Shown here in pieces: positions 1 through 11,156 of a DNA stretch of 64,000 nt. Each line of letters begins with the position of its first letter. Position 1 is the first letter of the stretch. The translations under genes were made by a program, and so were the position numbers. Source of the DNA: Pelagomonas calceolata (Eukaryota); the NCBI GenBank assembly GCA_918797485.1, contig CAKKNE010000004.1, positions 124,001 to 188,000 of the forward strand, given 5' to 3'. The notes under the pieces were generated by a model. The model saw only the letters and a list, made by a program, of their open reading frames with translations, had not been told where the DNA came from and searched no databases.

Positions 1-2
1 AG

Positions 3-203
3 ACGTTTACGAGAAAAGAGAATTATGAGTTCGGCGACGTCTCGCGAGAAGTTATGAGGCGCTTCGAGGAGCCGGGCGGCGACGCCGCGACGGCCTTCGG
101 CGACTCCGACGGGTCGACGGCGATCGACGCCGAGCTCGCGGAGGAGCTCGACCGATGGGATGCACGATTCCTTGCTCGCGACGCGGACACGACGACGGCG
201 TAA
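3..203 (+). CDS. 3' end of a hypothetical protein (partial, runs off window start)
   Basis: Open frame from position 3 to TAA 201-203 reads TFTRKENYEFGDVSREVMRR...; followed by AT-rich 3' sequence. Confidence 0.55.
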   Translation, partial: TFTRKENYEFGDVSREVMRRFEEPGGDAATAFGDSDGSTAIDAELAEELDRWDARFLARDADTTTA

Positions 204-425
204 TTTTGTTGTGTAGTTCTTACTCTAGCTAGCCGAGGAGGACGGACTCGGAGACAAAAGCTATCCCGTAATAGCCTCTGACTATGGAGGAAGACCACGA
301 GCCGTCGGCGGCGCGCTCGTGCGCCCATCTGTAAACCTCGCAACCACCCCACTGGTTATTCGTGGAATGATCTGTGAAGACAACCAACCGGCCGTTGTGG
401 ACGCATGCACACTTAAACCGCTCAA

Positions 426-1736
426 ATGTTCTTCTCCCGAGGCGCACGTTCTCGGCCCACAATCTCGCGGCGTCCAGGTCCCGCACGACGTGGACCTGCT
501 CCGGCAGGAGCCGCGGCTCCGATTCCATCGCAAGTTTGCGTGCCCGTGGCGTCGCTCCACATTGAATTCCGGGGCGTGCGCATCGGCGGCCTCGACACAG
601 CCGACATGGTCGGCTTGCGCGACGGCGACCGGCTCGACGCCAAGATTGTGTCGCTAGGTGATATCAAAATGCACCTGAAAATACTCGAGGCCGGCAACGC
701 CCGCAGCACTGAAGCGACGGCGGCGGCGGGGGCCTTGGCGAGACTCACCGATAACGACGCCGCCAACTGCGCCGCGATCGTCGACGCCGGCGGCATCGAA
801 CTGCTCGTGGCGCTCGTGACGAATGGAGCGGCCCGCGGCCAGGAGCAGGCCATGTGGACGTTGTTCCACCTCGCCGACGACGCCGCCAACAAGGACGCGA
901 TTCGTGAGGCCGGCGGCATCGCGCCGCTTGTTGCGCTCGCGAGGAGCGGTTCGGCCGGCGGCAAGCAGGTGGCCGCAGCGGCGGCGTTGGCGAGCCTCGC
1001 CGTCCATAACGATGCGAACCAGACCGCGATCGCCGCGGCCGGCGGCATCGCGCCGCTCGTGGCGATCCTGAGGAGGAGCGGCGCGGCCGGCGGCAATGCC
1101 GCGGGGGCGTTGACAAACCTCGCCCTCAAAGCCGCCAACCGCACCGCAATCGTCGAGGCCGGCGCCATTCCGCCGCTCGTGGCGCTCCTGAGGAGCGGCG
1201 AGGAGAAGGCAGTGATGGCGTTGAACAACCTCGCCTGCAACCGTGACGCCTGCACCGCGATCGCCGAGGCCGGCGCTATCCCGCCGATCGTGGCGCTCCT
1301 GAAGAACGGCAAGGCCCTCGGCCAGGAGTGTGCCGCGCGGGCGTTGTGGAACCTCGCCTTCAAAAACGCGGCCAACAAGGTCGCAATTGTCGCGGCCGGC
1401 GCCGTCGACCCACTTTACGCGCTCGCGCGCGCCGGTGGGAGCTTGAAGGCGGCGGCCGTGGGGGCTCTGAAAGAGCTCAAACGCCACGCGTTGGCATGGG
1501 CTCTGCGTCACCGGAAGCGCCGCATTTACCCGCTGCTCCTCGCCACGGGCGCTACGATCCCGCCCCACGCCGAGGACGCCTATCTGCGCAAGGTCGCCGC
1601 GGCCGGCGGCTTCCCGGCGTACGAGAAGGCCCATCGGCAGGCGTTCGACGCGTTGGCTGCGAAGGCTTTCCCATGCCTCCCGACCGACGTCACCGCGCAT
1701 GTCGCCTCCTTCGCGTTCCACGTTGGCTACTACTAG
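426..1736 (+). CDS. Armadillo (ARM) repeat protein; start uncertain (669 is an alternative)
   Basis: Multiple ARM repeats (AGGIAPLVALL...AAGALTNLA...N+.AI.EAGAIPPLV); C-terminal YLRKVAAAGGFPAYEKAH...FAFHVGYY tail. Confidence 0.8.
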   Translation: MFFSRGARSRPTISRRPGPARRGPAPAGAAAPIPSQVCVPVASLHIEFRGVRIGGLDTADMVGLRDGDRLDAKIVSLGDIKMHLKILEAGNARSTEATAAAGALARLTDNDAANCAAIVDAGGIELLVALVTNGAARGQEQAMWTLFHLADDAANKDAIREAGGIAPLVALARSGSAGGKQVAAAAALASLAVHNDANQTAIAAAGGIAPLVAILRRSGAAGGNAAGALTNLALKAANRTAIVEAGAIPPLVALLRSGEEKAVMALNNLACNRDACTAIAEAGAIPPIVALLKNGKALGQECAARALWNLAFKNAANKVAIVAAGAVDPLYALARAGGSLKAAAVGALKELKRHALAWALRHRKRRIYPLLLATGATIPPHAEDAYLRKVAAAGGFPAYEKAHRQAFDALAAKAFPCLPTDVTAHVASFAFHVGYY

Positions 1737-1762
1737 TAAGAGGGTAATACTTAAGACGCCTA

Positions 1763-2599
1763 CTACGCCCCAATAGCCGTGTGCATCCGCGCGACGCCGT
1801 TACCGCGGCGCCGGTTCCGCTTGACGTACTCCACGGTGCCGCTCATCGGGTACAGCACGAGATCATCAAACGCGTCGCCCGCGTCGGGCCGCTTCGAGAG
1901 CGCCGCGAGCTCCATTAAGTCGTGGACCTGGACGTTCGGCTTCGCGTCGCCCGCGACCTTGGCCCAGGCCTCCTCGAGGTCGGCCAGGTCCAGAAAGACC
2001 GGCGTCCGGCCCTTCGCGTCCTTGAGCCCGCTGCACGTGAAGCACGGCGCCGACTTGCCGGACACGGTCATCTTCACGGCGAGCTTCGACCGCGCGGCCC
2101 GGAGCTGGCGCTGCGCCGGCTGCAACCGATACCGCAGCATGAGCTGGCGGCCCTTGTGCACGTTGCCCGTCGGCGTCGCGGGCCGCGCGAGCATCGCCAG
2201 AGCCCTATCTAAACCGACGCACATGACGCGCGCGTCCGCGAGCATCGGCGAGGCCTGGACCATCTCCTTGAGCAGCTGCTCGGCGTCGCCCGGCTCCAGA
2301 AAAATCACGCACTCCTGCGCGCCCTCCTGCTCCTTGTTGATGAGGTAGGGCGAGCCTCGAGAATTGGCCACGAAGAAGGCCGGCACGTTCCTTAATTTAT
2401 CCGAGAGCGTGACCTTGTTGCTCTTCTTCTTCGCGGACGCGGCCGTCGGCGCGCCGAGGGCGACCATCCCGAGGACCGCGGCGCCGCGGCGCCGCCGGTT
2501 GTTGTTGTCATCCGCGCTCGGTCGGCGGCCGCCCGGCGGGCCGCCGAAGCGCAGGGCTTGCACGCTGACTACCAGCGTTATTATGGCGGCGCGGCGCAT
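1763..2599 (-). CDS. Tic22-family plastid protein-import chaperone
   Basis: Signal-peptide-like start MRRAAIITLVVSVQAL; LSDKLRNVPAFFVANSRGSP, VMCVGLDRAL and PVFLDLADLEEAW match the Tic22 pattern. Confidence 0.7.
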   Translation of the reverse strand: MRRAAIITLVVSVQALRFGGPPGGRRPSADDNNNRRRRGAAVLGMVALGAPTAASAKKKSNKVTLSDKLRNVPAFFVANSRGSPYLINKEQEGAQECVIFLEPGDAEQLLKEMVQASPMLADARVMCVGLDRALAMLARPATPTGNVHKGRQLMLRYRLQPAQRQLRAARSKLAVKMTVSGKSAPCFTCSGLKDAKGRTPVFLDLADLEEAWAKVAGDAKPNVQVHDLMELAALSKRPDAGDAFDDLVLYPMSGTVEYVKRNRRRGNGVARMHTAIGA

Positions 2600-2999
2600 G
2601 GTTGCGAGCGGCCTTGAGCACCTGTGGGTGCTAGCGGCGTGCGGCAGCCCCTGAGCGAGCAGATGTGCAACACTCACTTGCGGGCGAGCAGCGGTGCGCG
2701 AGCGTTGAATATTTTGTCCGAGAGCTCCAGGAGAGCTACAGGTACCACCAGCGCTACGGCGTCGTGCTCACACGGCGTCGCGCTCGATATATGCAACTCA
2801 GCCTTGTGCCTCTCCCAAAACAGCAAGCTCAAAACAGTGCAGCCTGACGCGTACACGACGCTAGAGCCTAGACACACTTCGGCACCCGTAAGAGTGCCGT
2901 TCCAAGCGCGTAACCCCAGCGCTTTGCAACAGCGCCGGTGGTAAAGGCAGCTCTGCACCCAACCAGCACTGGTGCTCTCCGCCGCCATCTAGCTCGCTG

Positions 3000-4547
3000 A
3001 TGCGAACGCTCGCGAAAGTAACAGCGATGAGCCTCCTCACCACGCTCGCGCGCGCGTTCACGACGGCGGCGCCGCGCCGGGCGCGCCTCCGCGCGCTCCG
3101 CGCGGAGGACACGATCTACGCGCTGAGCTCGGGTCGGGGCGTGGCCGGCGTCGCCGTGGTGCGAGTGTCGGGCCCGCTCGCGGCGCCGGCGCTCGAGCGG
3201 TTGACGGGCAAGAAGCCGCCGGAAGTGAGAAGAGCCTCGCTGCGGAGCCTCAGGGCGCCAGGGACGGGCGAATTGCTGGACGAGGCGCTCGTGCTGCGCT
3301 TTGAGGCGCCGAAGTCGTTCACGGGCGAGGACGTCGTGGAACTGCACTGCCACGGCGGCCGCGCGACCGTCGACGGCGTCCTCGAGGCGCTTGACGGCGT
3401 CGAGGGCCTGCGCGCGGCGGAGCGCGGCGAGTTCACGCGGCGCGCCTACGCGGCGGGCAAGCTGGGATTGACCGAGGTCGAGGGCCTCGCGGACTTGCTC
3501 ATGGCGACGACGCCGACGCAGCGGCGCCAGGCGCTGGCCCAGGCCGGCGGCGCGCTTGAAAAAAGGTACGAGAGCTGGCGTAGTACGCTCCGGAGCTGTC
3601 GGGCCCGCGCCGAGGCGCTGGTGGACTTTGGCGATGATGTGGAAGGCGACTTGTCGGCCGAGGAGGGGTCCAAAGCGCGGACGGAGATGGATTCGCAGCT
3701 CAACGCCCTCATAGGCGAGCTGCGCCGGGCGCTGACCGACGGCTACCGGGGCGAGGCCATTCGCGAGGGCGTGCGCGTCGTGCTCGCGGGCGCGCCGAAC
3801 GCGGGGAAGAGCAGCCTGCTCAACGCCCTCGCGCAGCGCGACGCGGCCATCATCTCCGACGTGCCCGGCACGACGCGCGACGTGCTCGAGGTGTCCCTGC
3901 CGCTGGGCGGCCTCCCATGCGTGTTGTTTGATACGGCGGGCCTGCGCGACGCCTCCGACGTTATCGAGCGGGAGGGCGTCCGGCGGGCGCGCAATGTGGT
4001 CGAGGGGTCGCACGTCGTCGTTTTTGTGGTCGACGCGGCGAAGATTGATGAGGGCGCGGACGCGGCGGCGCTCGAGGCGGTCGGCGGGGCGCTCTCCGCG
4101 GACCCGCGGCCCGAGCTCGTGATCTGCGCGAACAAGATGGATCTCGTGGAAAAGGACGCCTTGCCGCGGCGGCGGGCCGCGCTCGTGGACGCCGCGCCGG
4201 CGGCGATCGCGCCGCTCGTCGCGGCCGCGCCGCTCGTCGCGGCGACGTCGCTGGACGAGGCCGGCGTGGCCGCGCTCGCGGCGGACCTCGAGGCCCGCGT
4301 CGCGGCGCGGTTCCGCGAGGCGGGCGACGAGTACGAGGCGCCGGCGATCACGCGCGAGCGCCACCGCGGCCACGTGGAGCGCTGCCGCGCGGGGCTCGAG
4401 CGGATCCTCGCGGACCCGTACCTGGAACCCGAGCTGGTCGCCGAGGAGCTGCGGGCGGCGACGGACGACCTGGGCGCCGTCGTCGGCGCCGTCGACACGG
4501 AGGCGGTTTTGGACGTGCTGTTCGCGGACTTTTGTATTGGTAAGTAG
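3000..4547 (+). CDS. mnmE: tRNA modification GTPase MnmE/GTPBP3 (organellar)
   Basis: DTIYALSSG, PKSFTGEDVVELHCHGG, GAPNAGKSS, PGTTRD, DTAGLR, NKMD and terminal FCIGK. Confidence 0.95.
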   Translation: MRTLAKVTAMSLLTTLARAFTTAAPRRARLRALRAEDTIYALSSGRGVAGVAVVRVSGPLAAPALERLTGKKPPEVRRASLRSLRAPGTGELLDEALVLRFEAPKSFTGEDVVELHCHGGRATVDGVLEALDGVEGLRAAERGEFTRRAYAAGKLGLTEVEGLADLLMATTPTQRRQALAQAGGALEKRYESWRSTLRSCRARAEALVDFGDDVEGDLSAEEGSKARTEMDSQLNALIGELRRALTDGYRGEAIREGVRVVLAGAPNAGKSSLLNALAQRDAAIISDVPGTTRDVLEVSLPLGGLPCVLFDTAGLRDASDVIEREGVRRARNVVEGSHVVVFVVDAAKIDEGADAAALEAVGGALSADPRPELVICANKMDLVEKDALPRRRAALVDAAPAAIAPLVAAAPLVAATSLDEAGVAALAADLEARVAARFREAGDEYEAPAITRERHRGHVERCRAGLERILADPYLEPELVAEELRAATDDLGAVVGAVDTEAVLDVLFADFCIGK

Positions 4548-5321
4548 TTTGTGTTTTTCTTATTTCGGCCCGGCGCCGAACTCGGTTTGCGTATCGAGGG
4601 AGCCCGCATAAAAACGGGTTTCTCGTGACTCGAGTCACAACCGCTAGGCTAGCGGCCCCAAAACCGAGTAACTAGTATATATATATATATATGAGTCACA
4701 ACCTTTTTTTGCGTCCCTCGCATTGATTCTTGGGACGCTTGGCCCTAAGAATTTATATATCGGCGATATCACTGGACGCAAGCATTTCTTACACAAAGTA
4801 AGAACCGTTTCACGTTTTTGGGCACTGGCACCTTTTCTCAGCAAGCACTAGTGCTCAAAGACTACGCATCGCAAAACGTCTCTGATGTCCTCTACCCCGT
4901 CATTAGTACGAATGTCCGCCAGCGCGCCGGTACGGTCGGCGCTCGTAGGAGGTGTGCGATGAGTTAGGGATTCAGCTCCCCGAACCGGAAAGTGATTATT
5001 AGAATCCGACCGTCCTCGCAGTACTTCTTAATAATGATCTATCTATAGCCCTTTCACGACCGAACCTCGCCCGCAACGAAGGGGCCAAGCTGACTTAGCT
5101 AGCGACTGTAAGACACTAGCAAGAGCCAGCCCTGGCGCAAAGTGGTTTTGCTCTCGTCATACTGGCCCTATAAATCATTGGTAAGCACTGCCCACCACTA
5201 CCACCACCACGAAGCGTCGACGACGAGCGCTGCCGCAAGAAACGGCGGACAGGCCCCCACTACTCGAGTTTGTGCTGGCAGCGCGCCGAGCTGCTTTGCA
5301 GTAGACGCCGACACACAAAAA

Positions 5322-6200
5322 ATGCCACCACCACTGAAAGGCCGGGCCCTCGTCGACGAGCTCTGCTTTAAGCTCCCGACGTACCTGCAGGAGCAGCTCG
5401 GCGTCACCCAAATTCAAGTGGATGCGCGCGCCGGCTGCACGGCGGCGGACCTCGACGGCTTCGAGCGGAACACGGGCTACGCGCTGCCCGACGACCTGCG
5501 GGCCTTCCTGACCGTCTCGAACGGCCTGAAATGCGACTGGGCCGTCGACGTGAAGACGCGCGGCCCGGCGGACGTCGGCGCGCTGCGGCTGCACAGGCTC
5601 GACGACATCGTTCCCGTGACGCTCGACGACGACGAGGCCGACGACGCCGGCGCGCGCGCCCGGACGTTCCGGCGCGACGACGCCGAGGGCCTCGGCCGCG
5701 TCGAGCGCGCGTTCGAGCTCGACCGGTCGGCGCGCGTCGGCCGCGTGCCCGCCGGTGTCCGTGGTTACCCTTCGAACGTCCAATGACGAGCTTGATTTGG
5801 ATTCCCCTTCTCGAGGTGCCCCTCCTTTCCAAAGGGCGGGCACGGTGACGAGCGTATCCTTTCCGTCGCGAGGACCACTGTGGTTGTACGGATTGCTCGA
5901 CGCCTCGCTTCGTCCGCCTCTTCACGCGCTTGCGCGCAGGTCTGCCTCGTCTACCGCGCGGACCGGCGCGCCGCGCCCGAGGTCTGGTTCCAGGACCTCG
6001 CCTGCGGCTGGCACTACCTCGCGCCCTCGTTCACGTGCTACTTCCGCCTCGCCGTCGCGCACTTGGGGGTGCGCGGCTGGCAGGGCTGCTACGCGCCCTG
6101 CGGCGCGGACCCGGTCGCGCGCCAGTGGATGCGCCTCTACTGCCCCGAGCGGCTCCACGCGAACGACCGCGCGGCGGAAGCCGCCGAGGCGGGGGGATAA
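5322..6200 (+). CDS. TPGS2: Tubulin polyglutamylase complex subunit 2-like (SMI1/KNR4 fold); intron 5745-5939
   Basis: LPDDLRAFLTVSNG in exon 1; VCLVY..PEVWFQD..WHYLAPSFTCYFRLAVAHLG..GWQ in exon 2; GT-AG intron joins the two in frame. Confidence 0.75.
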
Positions 6201-6310
6201 GTATACGGATAAGTTAGGGGTCTCGCGGGACGCCGCGAAGGCGTCGCGAGGGGGGGCGGGGGAGGGATCGCGCGCGCTTCGTCGCTGCAGCGAATGGGGA
6301 GAAGCTTCTG

Positions 6311-7907
6311 TCTACACCTTCTTGTCGAGCCGCGTCGTCGTGATGACGAAGCCTGTGTGGAAATCAAAATTCTACGGCGCGTTCATGCTGAATCATCGCG
6401 TCGTCCTCCACGCCATCGACGCGACGCCTGCTCGATGGCGTGGCGATGCCGGTTCCTCGCCGCTCGACCGAGCTAGCACGACCGCGTCATCGCCGAGAAA
6501 TGACTTAGTGAAGAATTGTCGGGTGCGCCCGACACTGGCTGATTTCCACACAGCACGAGCAGTTGATGAGCGTCAGGCAGCAGATCACGAGGAAGAGCCA
6601 CCTGCGAGCGAGCACGCCGTCGTCGGCCCGTCGAGCAGATGCAATGTGATTTCGACGCGGGGGGATACCCCATACTCTGCCAGTACGTCTGCCAGTAGGC
6701 GGCGCTCTGCTGGTACCGCGTCACGGCGTTCTTCAGGTAAATGTCGCCCTTGGTCGGGCCGTAGCGAACCTTCTTGTAGGGCCAAACCGTCGAAGCCTGC
6801 GTCGAGCACAGGTAGCCGCTTTCGTATCCGAACAACACCAGCAATAAGAGGGCAAAAAAGAGCTCTCCGGAGTTCATCGGGGTGTTATACGACGCGACAA
6901 AGGGCGCCCATAAAGCAAACGTTGACGCGAACGCGATGGGAATATCAGCGATCTGTGTGGAAATCAAATTTCGGGCGCCCCACGCCATCGACGCGATATT
7001 CTCTCCTTGGCTACACCTGCTCGTCCCTTTTGATTCCCACACAGCTATTGACCGCCTTCGCGAAAAAGTACGCCGCGGTGTTCAAGCCAGTAGAGCACTC
7101 GCGCCAGTACTGGGCCGTCTCGCAGCCGAACGTCGACGCGGACGTCGCTGCTGCTAAAGCCACGAAGATGAACACGACCTGTGGCTTTTTGTTAATGGAC
7201 GCTCGGACTGGCTGAAATTTGATTTCCACACAGGGGTTCGACGGGCGATATGGATGCGAGGAAGCCATTAGATTGGAAGTCGAGGCACGTATCCTTGAGC
7301 TCCGGGTACTGCTGGTTGCAGATGTCGATGCTGAAGCCGCCGAGGACTGCGTGGGGAAGACCTCAGCGTAGAAGCGACCCTAAGGTTAAAGACGCTGTAA
7401 AAATCGCCATTCGGAGGTAAGTCCCCGGATGTCATGAGCGCTCCCAACGCGAAGCCGATGATCACATAGAGCCTGTTCGAATAGACGCGGTTACGGAGAC
7501 GACATCGCGTCGACGGCGTGGAACCTCTACAACATCAAGCAGGCGACTTGGTTCGAAGAGGAGGAATTTAATTTTCGACGCAGGGAGAGCTACAATATGA
7601 CTCCAAGGAAGAACGACGTGAAGTTCGAGTAGTTCTGGTGGCACGCCCTTCTGAAACAAAGCACGAATTGCGCGAAGAAGCCCTGAACGGGGCGGTGATC
7701 CTCCGCTGCCTTCGGCGGACAGCAGCAACGGAACAAGCGCATCGGCAACATGGCGAGTCCATAGCACATGTTCTTGAAGACGCGCATGAAGCGCTGCATG
7801 TACGTAGGCTCGACGACGACGACTTCGTCGTCCTCGGGTGGGGGCAGGCCCTTCTTGATGTGCCAGAGCTTCGTGAAGCCCGTCATGTGGTCCCATTCTC
7901 CCTTCAC
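6311..7907 (-). CDS. ABCG/ABC-2 type transmembrane domain protein, multi-intron; no nucleotide-binding domain visible; 5' end uncertain
   Basis: Spliced segments GFFAQFVLCFRRACHQ and AQYWRECSTGLNTAAYFFAKA|IADIP resemble ABCG permease; introns about 6353-6560, 6953-7052, 7179-7242, 7473-7590. Confidence 0.6.
6353..6553. mobile_element. Introner element (TIR-bearing non-autonomous DNA transposon acting as an intron)
   Basis: Ends CTGTGTGGAAATCA / TGATTTCCACACAG; internal sequence closely similar to 12105-12311; flanks GACGAAGC vs CACGAGC look like a degenerate TSD. Confidence 0.9.
6953..7044. mobile_element. Short introner element derivative
   Basis: CTGTGTGGAAATCA...TGATTCCCACACAG ends; core ACGCCATCGACGCG at 6982; removing 6953-7052 restores the host frame. 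Confidence 0.8.
7179..7233. mobile_element. Degenerate introner element
   Basis: One intact TIR TGATTTCCACACAG ending 7233, decayed other end CTGTGG; removing 7179-7242 restores the frame. Confidence 0.6.
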
Positions 7908-8132
7908 CTGCGTCGAATTTCAGTTTTCCTCCTTTCTCTCGTAAAGACGCGCCGCGGAAATTTGACCATGGCAATGCTCGAGAGCTAGCGGAGAAAAAGA
8001 TGAAGAGGTACTAGGATTGCGCGATAGGTAGCACGCGCACGCGTATATTCCGCTGGAGAGACGTCCCCAGAGCCTACAACCGGGACAGGAAAAAAAATCG
8101 ACTACTTCCGATACTTTACACAGCCCCAGGAG

Positions 8133-10630
8133 CTAGTCGACGAGCGGCAGCTCCCGGTGCGTCCAAGCATGAACACCCGAAGCAAAGTCCGCGACGGCGT
8201 GCGACGCGGCCGACCGCAGGAGCCACTTGTACGTCAGGAAGCCCGCGACGCCGACCGGGCCGCGCGCGTGGATCCGCCCCGTCGCGATGCCCAGCTCCGC
8301 GCCGAGCCCGAACCTAAACCCGTCCGCGAATCTAGTGGAAGCGTTGTGGAAGACGTCCGCGCTGTCGACCTGGCGCAGGAAGCGCTCCGCGATACTCGTA
8401 TCCTCCGAGACCACGCAGTCCGTGTGGCCCGACGAGTGGCGGTTCACGTGGGCCACGGCGGCGTCGACACTATCCACCACATCGACTCGACATTTGAGAC
8501 AGCCGTACTCGTGGCGCTCCGGTTCCGTCACGGGCGCGTCGGCGAGGCCCTTTGATAGCGCGCGCGGCGTCCCTAGTAATTCCACGCCCTTCGCCCGCAA
8601 CGCGTCCACACAAGCTTTGGCGCAGGCCGCGTCCTCGTGGAACAACAACGTTTCCATCGCGTTGCACGCCGCGGGATAGTCGCACTTGCTGTCGACCTGC
8701 GCGCGCATCGACCGGTGAGTCCTTTCTCTGGTGGCGCGTCGATGGCGTCAAGCCGGGCGACCCAGTCGATGCGCGTCGAAGGAAGCGCCCCGACATTGAT
8801 TCGTGCACTGCCGTCCACCACGATCGACACCGCCTTCTGCGCATCGGCCGACTTATCCACGTAGACATGACACACTCCATCAGCGTGTCCTAAAACAGGA
8901 ACCCTAGTCGAGTTCTGGACGTGCTTGACGAGAGCGTTCGAGCCCCGCGGCACGACGAGGTCCACGAGCGGTGTCGGCGCCTCATCACAAGCTTTGAGCA
9001 ATTGGGCCACCTGGGCCCTACCTTCCAACAAACTGACGGCGCCGTCCAAGTCCGCATTGCCGAACTCCGTGATCGCGTCTTTTATGGTCGCGTGCAGGAC
9101 GGCGTTCGACAGCCGCGCTTCCGAGCCGCCCTTCATCACGACGGCGCAGCCCGCCCGCAAGGCTAGCGCGGCGATCTGCGGCAGCGCCTCCGGTCTCGCT
9201 TCGAAGATGACCAGTACAACACCTAAGGAAGCGGACCGCTTTTCTAATATGAGTCCGGGCGAGAGCTCGCGCTTCTCGAGCAGCTGGCCGACCTGTGTTT
9301 TATAGAGCGGTGAGTCTCTCTCGGAGAAGCGTCGCGTCGGTGGCGTCGGCTGCCACCCATACGCCATTCTATGTGCTCGTGACGTACGCCGTCGCAGATG
9401 AAGCAAAAGGGGACGCCGGAAAGAAAACGGGGTCCTTCGCGTTGGCCAGTGCTTCCACGCCTTTCGCCACGGTCTCGAGCTTGGCCGAGGACAACCCTAA
9501 ACGCTGGCGCAGCTCGCGCGCCACGTCGCCCGAGTCGGCGACATCGGCCGCGTTCGCCGCGAGGATCGCCGGCGCGGCCGCTCGTAACTTAGAGGCGATG
9601 GCCTGCAGGATCTTCGTGCGGTCGCCGGCCTCGAGCGCCTGCAGCGCCCGCGCCGCTCGTCTAGCGCTCTGGCCGACGGCCTCGAGCGGATTGCCTTCGT
9701 CAAGCGACGGCTTCCGCGCGATGTCATTACTAAAGTACGTGCCGACGTCGTCGCCGGCGAGGACCCTGCGCGAGAACCGCGTCGACGGCGTGGCGGCGAC
9801 GTGATATGAAAGAAGACGCCGAGTCCGCACCTCTGCAGCACTTCCTTTTCCGAGCCCGAGGCCAGGACCACGGACTTGACGCCCACCTCGAGCGCCCCCA
9901 AAGCGGCGTTGACCTTGGCCTCCATGCCGCCGCGGCCGCCCTTGGAAATCCCCCCGAACTTCCAGTCCTTCAATGAGGCGGGGTGCACCTCTCGCACCAA
10001 CCGCGCTCCCGCTTCCGACGGCGGCCGATCGTACAACCCCTCCACGTCGGTCAGCATGATCAGACAGTCCGCGCCGACGAGCTTCGCCACGAGCGCGGCC
10101 AAGCCGTCATTGTCAGAAAAACAACCGTCCGGCACTTCCGAGTACCCCGCATTCCCCGACACGGCGTCGTTCTCGTTGATGATGGGCACCATGCCCACGT
10201 CCATGATGGCCTGGATGGAGTGCTGGAGGTTCTTTCTGCAGGCTTCGTCGACAAAATCCCTCCTCGTCACTAAGAATTGAGACGGTTCGATCTCTTGGGT
10301 GGCGAATAACGTCTCATATAATGACATGAGAGCTAACTGGCCGGCCGCCGCGGCCGCCGCCGAGTAGCCCGCGCCCTCCGTCACCTCCTGACTCTTCATG
10401 TGGTCCCTTAAAGTTCGGTGCAGGGCCGCCTGCTTCCTCAGGACCGATCGACCACATCCAACGGCACCGCTCGACACCAGAATGACCTTCGTGCCCTGGC
10501 GCATCAATTGAGACACAGCCTCGACGATCGCGCCGAGCCGCGGTAAGGAGGGCGTGCCGTCGTCGTGGCTGACGGTCGAGGTCCCGGCCTTTACGACGAC
10601 GAACTTGCTCGCCTTGAGGTGCGTTCTCAT
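8133..10630 (-). CDS. P5CS: Bifunctional delta-1-pyrroline-5-carboxylate synthase (glutamate 5-kinase + gamma-glutamyl phosphate reductase); introns 9766-9830, 9293-9428, 8697-8818
   Basis: VVVKAGTS, VSSGAV, PIINEND, DNDGLAA (ProB); GVVLVIFEARP, PRGSNALV, DYPAACNAMET, NASTRFADGFRFGLGAE, HARGPVG (ProA). Confidence 0.95.
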
Positions 10631-11156
10631 CTTTTTGATCTGTACGGTCGGTGCTGCGCGTCGACGGCGTTGTGACGTTTGCGTCGCCGCTTTGGGGGAG
10701 GGGTTGCTGCTTGATGCTGCGCTGCTTTTGAGTGCAGCTGCTTTGCTGATCCGCGCACAGCTTAAAAATGTTGCACAACGTGCGACTTGTACGAAGAGTC
10801 ACGCCCTGGGTCCCTCAATTTTAAGTTGGGCCAAAACGCTGAGCTAGCGTATCGACACACTAGCTTGCCATAGTCGGCCTCGCGCGCCTGTCGCATCGCT
10901 GGCGGACAATTCTGGTTGCTTGGTCTGATTACGGACGCCTGAGACGGAGCTCTGCCAGCAGCGCTGCCAGTCTGCCTCTCCCAGGCCCTCTCTTTGTCCT
11001 CACAGCATCTCACAGCCTCACTCACCCACCGGAGCGATCGCGCGCATCGTCGTGGTACGCATTCAGTCTCACTCACGACCGCATCAATCGCGCGCAGCCT
11101 TATTTCCAAAACTGCAGACTAAAAAACCGCCGCGCCAAAGCAAGTCGTAGAACGCG

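Noticed and set aside
2868..4373. Long antisense ORFs (also 654-1721, 59080-60246 and others)
   Set aside because: Shadow ORFs expected from high GC3; the opposite strand carries the recognisable proteins
4626..4705. Palindrome GTGACTCGAGTCAC and a (TA)n tract as an element end
   Set aside because: No matching second end, TSD or other copy in the window
5755..7215. 486-aa + strand ORF as a transposase or gene
   Set aside because: It runs through an intron, the TPGS2 exon in another frame and antisense to the ABCG-like gene; no DDE or other motif
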